A DNA stretch of 64,000 bases. It comes from Azolla caroliniana (Eukaryota > Plantae > Polypodiophyta). The position numbers and the translations under genes were made by a program. Of the stretch, positions 1 to 11,558 are shown one piece after another. Where the stretch lies: contig JBHGNT010000001.1 in NCBI GenBank assembly GCA_043228905.1, positions 13,516,001 through 13,580,000 on the forward strand, in the 5' to 3' direction. Numbering within the stretch: position 1 is the stretch's first letter; each line of letters begins with the position of its first letter. The notes under the pieces are model-generated. The model was not told where the DNA came from and ran no database searches. It was given only the letters and a program-made list of their open reading frames with translations.

Positions 1-672
1 ACATGACATCTAAATTGACCCGGACCTGTTTGGTTTGGGGGTTATAACATTTATAACCCTTCTGTTTGTCTGAGTAGTTGACAAGAATGCACTTCTTTCC
101 TTTCGCGTCCAGCTTCCTCTATTTCTCCTTCGGCATATGCATATAGGCAATGTTGCCAAACACCCTCAAGTGTCCCAGATTCGGTTTCTTTCCAAAGTAG
201 AGCTCATGTGGTGACACTCTTCCATTTGCAGATGTCTGATTCTGCAAGTAGCTGGCTATCCGAATCACTTCAACCTAGTAGAACTTCCACATATGCTTCT
301 CCTTAACCATTGACCACACCGCCTTCTCTATCTTCCAGTTCTTCCTCTCAGCCACATCGTTTTGCTCTGGTGTGTATCTACAAGAGAGTTCTCGCCGAAT
401 TACTTCCTTCTGCATATAACTCGAGAACTGGCCAGAAAAGTACTTCTTTTCGTCATCTGACCTTAGGCACTTGATTTTCCTTCTAGTTTCCCATTCGGCA
501 AGGCTCTTCACCTTTAGGAAAGAGAACAAGACTTCACTCTTCTTCGTGATCAAGCATATGCCCAAGTGTGCCGAGGGTAGTCATCAATGAAGGTTACAAA
601 GTAACGGTTTCCTCCAATGCTCACGTTCTGTGCCGGTCCCCACACATCCAAATGGACAAGGTCGAGCCAGAT
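1..672 (-). mobile_element. Ty1/copia integrase fragment (decayed)
   Basis: ORF pieces LDLVHLDVWGP, YFVTFIDDY, IKCLRSD and YTPEQNDVAERKN are copia integrase core motifs; frameshifted. Confidence 0.9.
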
Positions 673-1052
673 TGCAACAAAGGACACAAATAATGGAATA
701 CACAAAGTAGGTGAGAGAGAGAGAGAGAGAGCAGATTTCATCTTCAATTTCAAAATAATAACACTCGGTAACACTCTATACATCGAATGTGCTTAGAGTG
801 CACTTTTATACAAGTCCTTAGAAGGACTGACACAAGTACCATCAATACTTGAATGCTAATAAATGATCTCCTACATTAAGTCCAAGAAATATGCCTATGT
901 ACTAGGCTATGAACATAGGCCCCTAATGGCCTACTAGTTCACACAAATCCGGAGTACGATCCGGTTCTCTAGTAGGGCTCTTGGTTCTAGATACCGATCC
1001 AGCTATGGCTTATTCAGGCGATCCGGATCCGATTGAGCTTGTTTGCTGAACA
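673..1052 (-). repeat. probable solo LTR inserted in the copia integrase
   Basis: Starts TG, ends AACA. Shares blocks with the LTR at 9021-9442 (cacttttatacaagtcc; acaagtac..caatacttga). TSD imperfect: CAGAT overlaps the right end. Confidence 0.6.
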
Positions 1053-1087
1053 GATGCCAACTTGTTCCTTTTCTCCCTAGGGATAAA

Positions 1088-1490
1088 TGTTAGGAAACTG
1101 GTCCCTCCAGAGGGGAAGAGAAGAGCCAAATCAATAGATGAGCTCGGCCAATTTGCCGATATCGAAGAGCAAAACCGAAATCGAGAATCGATTATGACTG
1201 ATTCGAGGGGCTATAATTGTAAATAGCCTAAATATGCCCCTTGTGGGCTATATTTGTACATACCCTGAAAGTCATTTTAGTATATAAGCAACTAGGGAAA
1301 ACTTTATTTGAGAATTATTAGAGTTGAATCATTGTTGTATAGTTAGATATTGAGTTAGTGCAAGCCTCTGTAACTGTATAGGGGAGAGAGACAGACAGAC
1401 AGAGAGAGATGTCGGATACCTTTGTCGGACAAGTACTATTTCAAGGCTCAAGAGGTTTATTCTGATCAGAGTGTCTTCATTCTGTATCCC
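1088..1490 (+). repeat. copia LTR fragment (family of 10776-11529)
   Basis: Begins tgttaggaaac..gtccctcc like the 10776 LTR and shares gggctatatttgta and aaagtcat.ttagt.tat. Confidence 0.7.
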
Positions 1491-1497
1491 GACCAAT

Positions 1498-1904
1498 TGT
1501 TGTCCGCCGGAATAGTAACCAACGGATAGAAGCGCAGAAGCGTTATAATATAGTAAAGCGTTAAGAAACGCATGTAACGGTTCACGCAGGAAGCGTGAAC
1601 GGCTAAAAGCCCTGTGTATATAAAGGGCAAAAACCCTCTGTAAAAGGTAGTGTGTAATTTTGATGCATAGAGCGTTTTTCTAATAGAATACTATCTTCTC
1701 TGATCTCTGTGCATATCTGTGGTTTTATCTGCTGCGTTCTTTGTTCTCTGTTGCGTACTGTTAATATTAAGGGTGTAGGTGTAAGTGCGGATACTAGTGC
1801 ACTTCCTAAGGAGTTCGGTTTTAGCCGTCTCCCTTATATGCTACTAGGATATGAGGGAGTATCCCATTACGATTTATGATACGACGGTTCCATTCCTTGT
1901 AACA
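1498..1904 (+). repeat. LTR-like segment
   Basis: TGTT...TAACA ends with an internal TATATAAAGGG box; no matching TSD found. Confidence 0.4.
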
Positions 1905-3850
1905 TAGTCACCTTGAGGTCTACGTCGATGGACTGAGCATAGACAGTGTTCCTAATCGGTAACACCAATTCTCCACTTTGACTAACCATCAAGTGAAGGT
2001 CTTGAGCACTTTGTCTTTCGACCTAATCAAATAGGCCCAGACCTTCCGTGTAAAATCATCAACAAATGTGATAACGTATCAGGAGCCACCTAGTGATCTT
2101 TCGAGCATCGGCCCACATATATCTGTGTGCACAAGATCTAGGGGCTTTCGTACAGTCTCATAGTGGTAAGAGTTTAGAATTCGGGCCTATTTTTCGTACC
2201 GACAATGCTCACGGAAGTCTGTCTTTGCTTGGAGTTTCGTAATGTAGCCAACTGCCATCAACCGATCGAGTCTAGCTTGAGACATATGGCCGAGTTGGCC
2301 ATACCATAAGTTCGGGTTGGTCTTTTTGGCTACGTTCGCGACCCCTTCTGGATTGATCACCATCATTGGGTACAAGTTGTTGTACTTGTGTCCGCATCTG
2401 ATTCTTAGATTCCCACGGTTGATCATCCATGCTGACTCATTGACAGTCATTCAGTACCCGTCTTCGGTGAATATGTTGATGGAGACCAGACTCCTTTTCA
2501 AATCGGGTACGTGCCAAACTTGGTGTAGGGTGATCATGTTGCCATTCGGCAATTGAATGGGAACCTCTCTGATCCCTTCAATTATGCACTCCTCCCCATT
2601 ACCGAGTCGGACTACGCCGTTGGCATCGGCCAAATATTTGGAAAATTAGTCGATGTTCGAGGTTACGTGAAATGTGGCGTCGGAATCCAACAACCATGTG
2701 TGTGTGTGTGTCTTGTGCACTGTAGAGGACTTCTCCGATCACCGACTCCTCTAAGGACATGATTTCTCCCAATTGGGTGTCGGTAACATTGACTTGGTAG
2801 CCGACTGGAGAGTGATTTGAGTCGGATCGTCCTCGATTCTACTCGATTGCCAACCACTCTCTTTCCTCTTGATCGACCAGCAGTCGGAAACATTGTGCCT
2901 AGCTTTTCAGCAATGAGTGCAAAATTTTCCTGATCAATTCATTCTCGACTTCAGTTGTTGTTGGTCCCCCCTCGTTTTCGATTGACTATGGTGTCGACCA
3001 GTTCTGTCGGCTTGTTCTCTCAATTGATTGTGTCGGTCAACCGACTTGGTCAAGTGATGGGCTTCTACCAACTCATTGATGGTAATTCCCATTGATTTTC
3101 ACTAAATATCCTTTGTGAGGATCTGACCAATCTATTCGTCCAAGTTCAGCCTAGGGCTACTATTGGGAAAAGTCATGTAGAAGACCTCCCACCTTGCCAG
3201 AAAACTCAATAGGAGGGCAAGAGCTTTAACCTTTTCTTCGAAGTTAATCCCTTGGGAGGAGAGTTTACACAACACATGCCTGAAGGTGTTGATGTGGGAG
3301 GCTGAAGGATCCGACTCTCTCATCTTCATATTGAATAGTTGTTGAATCAACATGAGTTTGGACAAGGAGGACTTCTTTTCGTACATTGCTTGCCACTTCT
3401 TCCATAACGAGAAAGTTGTTATCTCCTTAACCATGCTGAAGTAGACATTTTCGGACAGATGCATTCGAATGAGGAAGCACACAATTTCGTCTATTGATCT
3501 CCACTCTTCGGTTGTCATTGAACTACGATTTTCTATGTCAAATGGCTTCGACTTGTCTTCTAATGATCAACACATCTTGCATCATCTCCTTCCACAAGGC
3601 AAAATTTTTGCCATTGAACTTTTAGAATTCAACTCTTGTTCTAGATGTTGAAGCCATATTCTCTTTTCTCGAAAGTGAGAATTTTACCACTTGATGGGAA
3701 GAATGCGTGAAAGTAAGTACGAACCTGTAGATTATGTGCACAACAAACAACACAAAGAGTATAATTGAAGAAATGATTGAAATGTACACACAGTTCAAGC
3801 TCAAATGGAAGCTCTTGTTATTCTCTGTCCTCTATCTCTCACAGAGACTC
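1905..3850 (-). mobile_element. decayed Ty1/copia gag-protease-integrase with partial 5' LTR
   Basis: Gag MASTSRTRVEF / LIQQLFNMKMRE, protease region VRLGNGEEC...HVPDLKRSLVSI, GAG-pre-integrase LWYGQLGHMS. PBS remnant (ca-agtggta) near 3685-3692. Confidence 0.85.
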
Positions 3851-3859
3851 AAGATACAT

Positions 3860-4808
3860 GAAGTATAAGGCCAACTCGATGGCGGTGAGCACCTCATGGT
3901 AGAATGAGGTGCGGTATGTGGATTTGGGCACGTCAAACCACATGACAAACCACAAGGAGTGGTTCTTGACTCTACAGAAGCCGGAGCAGCCGGAGGGTTG
4001 TCTAAACTATTGATGACACCCCTCACCCCATTCAACATATCGGAGATGTCCCTCTGAGTAATGTCATCCAAAAGGGAATCATGAGAAATGTCTTGCATGT
4101 GCCAACAATCACCAAGAACTTGGTGTCAGTCAGAAAAATTGTCAACCAGGGCATGAAAGTTTGATTTACTCACCTCAGGTGCTTCATTGAAGAAAAAGGC
4201 CAAATCATCGTGCAACGGCGCTGAGAAGGGAGGATGTTTATCCTCAAAATGAATGACATGGGCACCGCTATGTTTGCCAAGGGGCAAAAAGTCAAATCGA
4301 TACCGACTTGTGGCACAAGTGGTTCAGCCACGTCAACTTCCCATGGCTTCTGGAGATGTAGACGAAGAACATCGTTTTTAGATTGCCGAAATTGAGTGGC
4401 CAAAAGGGCCAAGTCTGCAAAGCCTACCAACTCGTGAAGCATCACCGACTTTCACTCTCAAATGAGAGAAATTGGAGGTGAAGCAATCTAGATTTAATCC
4501 ATTTGGACGTATGGGAACCGACACAGAACGTAAACATCGGACGAAGCCGATATTCCATAGCCTTCATCCATGACTTCACTCAGCATAACTGGGCATGCCT
4601 AATCGAGAAGAAGAGCAAAGTATTCTCTTGCTTCTTAAAGGTGAAGAGCCTTGCTGAATGAGAGACAAGACCGATCATGGAAAGGAGTACTTTTCTAACC
4701 AGTTCTCTAGTTATCTGCAAAAAGAAGGAATTCGGCGCGAATTCTTATGCAGATACACACTACAATAGAACAACATGGCCAAGCGGAAGAATCAGATGAT
4801 CAAAGAAG
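3860..4808 (+). mobile_element. decayed Ty1/copia protease-integrase
   Basis: Disrupted YVDxGxSNHMT, HVPTITKNLVSV, LWHKWFSHVN and LDLIHLDVWE motifs; same family as 1-672. Confidence 0.8.
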
Positions 4809-6602
4809 TGTTACAAATAATGCTCGGCCACAGCCGAGTCTCAATCACACGATGGAAGAAACAAACAAGTAGATTGATACACACTTGCACACGAAAATAA
4901 AAAAACGACATAGGATGTTAAAGTGGAAAACCTCAAGGAGGCAAAAACACGGGAGTTCACTAACTCCGAACCAAATCACTATCAAAGAAAGGTACAACAA
5001 TGAGAGTCTCGGAGGCAACGACCTCAAGCTCTAAGCCTTTGCCAACAGGCGGTTACAAAAGAAACCTTACTTTCTGTTCTCTCTCTCTGTCTCATAGTAT
5101 GTATAGCCGCAACACTCAACTAAGAATGATCTCATACATACATACATCTAGTTGGCCTAGTTATATTTATACTCATATAACTTTTTGGGCTATTTACAAG
5201 TATGTTCTCAATGGCACATAAGAACATATATACAGATATGTTCCTTCTCATGGTTCACATCGGATCCGGCCGGACTCCGTCGCGGTCCATTCGGTCCGGC
5301 TGGATCCATCAGATCTAGCTTCTTGCTTCGGATCGTTTGATCAGGATCGTCCGACCCCATCTGAAGGGACCGGATTCCCAACAAACTCCCCCTTCCCTTC
5401 AACATGGGGTTCCTTGTCAATCCAATCTATTTCCGGTGTGCATCGAGTTTGTCGGTTGACAACACCTTGGTTAGCATGTGTGACCCATTTTCCTCCGTAT
5501 GGATCTTCATTAGAGCAAAGTCTTCTACTCTCTCCCGAAGACAGTTGTATCTATGCTAGATGTGCTTTGTCCTGGAGTGGTAAGCCACGTTCTTTGCAAG
5601 GTGGAAGGCGCTTTGACTGTCGCAGTGGAGCCGGTATTCCTCCTGCCAGATTCCTAGTTCTCTAACGAAGTCCTTCATCCAGATTACTTGCTGGCTTCCA
5701 TGTAATCCACATCCGTTGTCGACAGTGCAACGGACTTCTGTAGCTTTGACTGCCACGATAAGGCTCCCCCTGCATATGTCATGAGATATCCGGATGTAGA
5801 CTGGCTAGTATCTGCATCAGCTGACATTTCTAAATCGGTGAATCCTTCAAGTTGGGGTTTACCTGAGCCGAATCGGAGGCACAAGCCCGAGGTGCCTTTT
5901 AGGTACCGAAGTATCCACTTGACAGCAAAGCAGTGTTCTGTTCCATTGCAAATGACCGAGGTATCTTTCATTGCAAATGACCAGCTTAAGTCCTTCTTCA
6001 ACATTCCAATTTTGATATGGTTCTGTCCGACGATCAGCATGTCATCCACGTACAGCAATAGTATCAGGAAGTCTCCTCCGTCGAACTTCTTCATGAATAC
6101 ATAGTGGTCGGCCAGCGTCTTGTGGTATCCTTGTTCGGTCATGAAGGAGTCAAACTTCTGGTACCATTCCCAGGGGGCTTGCTTTAGTCCATATAAGCTC
6201 TTCTTCAACTGGAATACTAGGTTCTCCTTCCATTTTCTTGACATATCCCTCCGGTTGTTGCATATAGATCTCCTCCTCTAGGTCCCCATGAAGGAAATTT
6301 GTCTTAACATCTAGTTGCTCTACCTTGAGGTCCATGTTTGTTGTTATGCTCAGCACTGTTCGGATTGAATATCATCTTGACTATTGGGGCAAAGATCTCG
6401 TCGAAATACACTCCTTTGTTCTGCCAAAATCCCTTCATCACGATCCGAGCTTTGTATCTTGGTGGATTTCCGGCATCTCCCGATTTTAACTTGTACACCC
6501 ACTCATTCTAGAGCACTCTCTTTCCTTTCAGCGGTTCCATCAGTTCATATGTATGGTTTTCATGTAGGGAGTCCATTTTTTCCTACATGGCGATCAACCA
6601 TT
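4809..6602 (-). mobile_element. 3' half of Tnt1-like copia (RT-RNaseH, PPT, 3' LTR 4809-5383)
   Basis: LKKSLYGLKQAP, LLLYVDDML, CDSQSA..LAKN..YHSRTKHI. PPT (plus strand ctcccccttc) adjacent to a TG..CA LTR. Confidence 0.9.
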
Positions 6603-9020
6603 TGAAGAGAACAACGTGGAATTATTGCTCGGCCAAAACGGAGTCTTGATTCACAGAAATGGGAAGTAGGGAGTAAAAGCACGTACACACACAAACAATA
6701 GAGAATACACAAGATGTTTACGTGGAAAACCCTAATAGGGAAAAACCATGGGAGCCCACAAACTCCAAACTATCACTATAGGAGAAGGGTACAATCAGAG
6801 ACTCAGAGACAACGACCTCGAGCTCTGTTTCTTCGCCAAGCGGCGGTTACAACAGAAACCGTTCTGTATCTCAATCTCTCTCTCTCCCTCTCTGTCACTC
6901 ACTGTACAACAATTATACATCTACAACAATATGACAACCTAATTACAAAAAGTGATTGCCCTAAGTCATATTTATACTTATATGAACTTAGGGCTATTTA
7001 GAAATATAGCCTCAATAGGTTTATTCAAAACATATTTATAAATATGTCTTCTCTTCTTGTTCTCACCGGGTCCATCCGATCCGGTTTCCGGATCTCTTCT
7101 GGTTCTTACCGGGTCCTCTTCATCCATAACTGGATCCCATCCAGAGGGACCGATTTTCCCAACAATCTCCCCCTTCACTCCGGCATGGGATGTCTCGCCA
7201 GCTCGATCCACTTCCAGCACGCATCCAGCTTGTCAGTTGTCAACACCTTGGTCAGCATATCCAACCCATTCTCTTGATCTTCTACTTTCTCCCGGATCCA
7301 ATGGTACCTCCGATGGTTATGTTTCGTCCGAGAATGGTAGGCCGCATTCTTTGCAAGGTGGATGGCACTTTGACTATCGCAGTAGAGCTGGTATTCCTCT
7401 TGTTGGATCCCTAGCTCTCCGTTGAAGTTCTTCATTCAAGTTATCTCCTTGCCGACTTCTACATCTACCATGTACTCCGCCTCCATGGTTGACAACACAA
7501 CCGTCTTCTACAGCCTCGATTGCCATGATACAGCTCCCCATGCATAAGTCATGACATATCCGGATGTAGACCGGCTAGTATCTGCATCAGGCGACATATC
7601 CGAATCCGTGAATCCGTCAAGTTGGGGATTACTAGAGCTGAATGGGAGACACATACTCGAGGTTCCTTTCAAATACCAGAGTATCCACTTTACCGCGTTC
7701 CAATGCTCTCTACCGAGATTTCTCATGAACCGGCTCACCACTCCGACTGCATATCCGATATCCGATCGGGTACATACCATTGCATACATCAGGCTTCCAA
7801 TGGCAGAGGCATATGGTATCTTCATCATATCCGTCTTCTCCGCCTTTGTCCTTGCGCTTTGTTTTCCGGATAGCTTGTAGTCTGCACAAAGTGTCGATCC
7901 GACCGGTTTTGCCTCCCACATGTTGAACCATTGAAGCACCTTTGTCACGTACTTCTCCTGTGACAACCACAACAGTTTCTTTGACCGGTCCCGAATGATG
8001 TGCATTCCCAATATCTGTCTTGCCGGACCCAAGTCTTTCATTGAGAAGGTCCGGTTCAGAGCCTTTTCAGCATCCAAATCTTGCCTTGGTCTCGTCCGAT
8101 GATGAACATATCATCCACGTATAGGACGAGTATCAAGAAATCTCCTCCGTCCAATTTCTTCACAAACACATAGTGATTAGCCTGCGTCTTGTGGTACCCT
8201 TGGTCGGTCATGAAGGAGTTGAACTTCCGGTACCATTGCCGGGGAACTTGCTTCAGTCCATATAAGCTCTTGTTCAGCCGGCACACCAGGTGCTCCTTCC
8301 CTTTCTTCTCAAATCCTTCCAGTTGATGCATGTAGATCTCTTCTTTGAGGTCGCCATGTAGGAACGCCGTCTTGACGTCCAATTGCTCTACCTCGAGGTC
8401 CATGCTTTCTGTTATGCCCAATACCGTCCAGATGGATGTCATCGTTACTACCGGGACAAAAATCTCATCGAAGTCCACTCCTTTCTTCTGCTGGAAACCC
8501 TTCATCACGATTCGGGTCTTATACCTTGGTGGATTTCCGGCATCTCCTGGTTCATATCTGTGGTTCTCATGCAGGGAATCCATCTCGTCCTACATGGCAT
8601 TCAACCACTTGCGGCTATGGGTATCTCTCTTTGCTTCTTCGAAGCTTTCCGGCTCCCCCACATTAGTTAGCAACACGTGCTCTGCATCTGGAAATCTCCG
8701 GGGGGCTCTTCTCTCTCAAAGAGGATATCTCCGTCCTTGGTTTCTGACTACCAATTCCTCTGTTTGTTCCTCATCCGAATCCAATTCGGGATCTTGTCCG
8801 GTTCCGGTGTTTCCTTCTTCTTCTTATTCAGTTGGTTCGATTTCGTGTCCGTATCCGGCCGGTTCGTCGAGTGTCATCCGGTTTTCAATTCGGTAGGTCC
8901 TTGTGTCCTCAAACCGGTTTTCATTGGATGATCCGGAGTTCATCTCCTTCTTGTCTGACTCCCAGTTGGCAATGGTCCTATCTTCCATGAAGACTATGTC
9001 CTGACTCCAAAACACCTTCT
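6603..9020 (-). mobile_element. 3' half of Tnt1-like copia (RT-RNaseH, PPT, 3' LTR 6603-7164)
   Basis: QLDVKTAFLHG, LYVDDM, SRSTSGY, ending RHPMPE* then PPT. Its LTR interrupts the previous copia RT. Confidence 0.9.
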
Positions 9021-11531
9021 TGTAAAAGAATACGTGTGCGGAAGCGCATGCGTAAGAACACATAGTACACGGTTCGGAAGTACGACAATTCCGTAAAAAC
9101 AGAAATCTCAGAGAAAGAGAGGGAGAGACAAAGAGAGAGCTGGAACACAAAACTATATTCAAAATAATTCTCTATGTTCTCTGTACATGTTTCATGCTCT
9201 ATGAGCACCTTTTATACAAGCCCTAACTATCGGGCTGATACAAGTACTAACAATACTTGACCTCTCATAAATGAGCCTCCTACACAAACTTCCAAAATTA
9301 TTCCTTACGAGGAATATCTTTCTAACGGCCTCTTGGTTTAAACACCGCCACGACCATATTTTGCGTACAATTTTACGTATCCAGTCTACGTACTAGGATA
9401 TGTACCCGTTTACGCACCCGATGTTGAGCTTGTCTCTCAACACTCCCCCTCAAGCTCAACTTGGGGTTCCATTTGCTTTTCCGGATCTTCGCTCCGGCCT
9501 ATCCTGGCTTCACACTTCGCTCCTGCTCCTCAACCCGTTTGATTCCGCGTGCTTCGACCCTTTCCGATCGGCTTGTCTGCTCATGCGGCCCTTCTCAGCT
9601 CCCTTTCTATCGCGGTGTTGGCGCCTCTTTTGCTGCCCTTTCCTCCGCTTGGCCCTCAGTCGATTCATAATGTCCGAATTGAATATTTCGATTAAATCAG
9701 ACACTTCTGATTTAATTCCAGTTTCGCCTGAATTGGTTGTCTCCAATTCGTCTTCTGTTTTCAGGCCCTTGACAATATCAAGCCACATCTTGGTCTTGGC
9801 CTTTACACCCTTCTTGGCTGTATTTCCCCTTAGTTCGGTTGTCTTCGGCTCTTCCTTGCGATTACGACCCTTGTTTCCTTCTCCTTCGGCATCTTCATCC
9901 GGCTGGAAATCGAATTCTTCATCCGATACGGCATCACAGTCACTACCGCTCCTTTTACACTCTTGTTCCTGTTCCTATCTCCCCCTCAACTTCGGCGTGT
10001 CAAGGTGGCGCAAACCCATCTCACCCGAGAAATGAGGTAACTTGTCGAGGCTAAGGGGCTTGGTGAAGATGTCGGCAATCTACCGACCCGTCGGAACATA
10101 CGCCAGTTCGACTTCACCTGAAAGGACACACTCGCGGACAAAATGATAATGCACCTCAATATGCTTGGTTCGGGCGTGGAACACAGGGTTCTTTGCAAGG
10201 TGGATGCCGTTGAGGTTGTCATAGTAGATCATCGTTGGATCAGACACCTCCACATGCAGATCCCGTAATAATCGTTTCAGCCAGATGACTTCGCACGTAG
10301 CGACAGTCGCCCCTCGATATTCGGCCTCAGTGCTCGACAGTGCTACTATCGGCTGCTTCTTACTACTCCATGTAATCGCCGCACTTCCCAATGAGAATGC
10401 GTATCCGGACGTGGATCTACGATCGTGGGCATTTCCAGCCCAATCGGCATCCATGTAGTCAACTAACTGTTTGGCTACGCCTGCACGATACAACAACGCC
10501 ATGTCTTTCGTGCCGCTAACATACCGTAATATTCTTTGCGCGCACTTAAGATGTTCGGTCGTGGGTTGTGACATAAATTGACTGATCATTCTAGCTGGAT
10601 AGCTGAGGTCGTGCTGAGTGATCGTCAGGTAGATGAGGCTTCTGACAATCCGTCGAAACCGTTGTCGTGAAGAATTTCGGCCAGAGGCGGAAACCGGGAA
10701 ATATTGGCTACATCGGCGGGGTGCAGCATGTGCGCTCACCCTTGTACATTTAGTGTGAATAACGAGGGCGCCTTTTGTTAGGAAACAAGTCCCTCCGGAT
10801 GGGAAATGAGAAGAACAGTACTGATGAGCAAACTCGGCCGAGGCCGACAGGCCGAGGCTGAATCCGGATGACAAGTACCCGTCTATGGAAGACCTGGTGA
10901 GAACCGGATGACAAGTACCCGGCAACAGAAGACCCGGTGAGAACCGGATGTGGTGTACCCGGCAAGAGTCGGATGATAGGTACCCGGCAACGGAAGACTC
11001 GATGAGAACCGGATGAGGAGTACCCGGCATGAGCCGGATGGTGAAGGCCCGGTGAGAAGTGCTCACCGGATGAAGGGACATATTTGTAAATATGTTTTCT
11101 GAGAGTCCATCGGGGCTATATTTGTAAATAGCCGGAAAGTCATATTAGTATAAATATGACTTAGGGCAAACTCTTTGACTGTAGTTGTTGTTGTCATTCT
11201 TGTTGGTGCAAGACTAGCGGGCGTGTAACTGTGTACAGAGAGAGAGAGAGAGGAAGAGGTCGTTGCCTCTATTGTAACCGCCGCCTGTGGCAAAGATCGT
11301 GAGCACGAGGTCATTGCCTCCGTGAGCTCACTGTTGTAATCATTGTGATATAGTGATAGTTTGGAGTCTGTGGACTCCCGTGGTTTTTTCCCTCTCAGGG
11401 TTTTCCACGTTAAACATCCTGTGTACTCTTCTCTTCTTTGTGTCGTGCGTTCATTATCTGTTTTTCTGTGTTTGATTCTAGACTTGGTAGTGGCCGAGCG
11501 TTGTTCATCGGGTGCATGTGTTCCTGTCAAG

Positions 11532-11543
11532 TGGTATCAGAGC
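11532..11543 (+). promoter_or_regulatory. primer-binding site, tRNA-iMet
   Basis: TGGTATCAGAGC 2 nt after the 5' LTR. Confidence 0.95.
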
Positions 11544-11558
11544 GAAACGACACAGAAA

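Noticed and set aside
11063-11530. 155-aa antisense ORF repeated at 15745-16209
   Set aside because: The duplication is explained by the LTR pair; no domain recognised.
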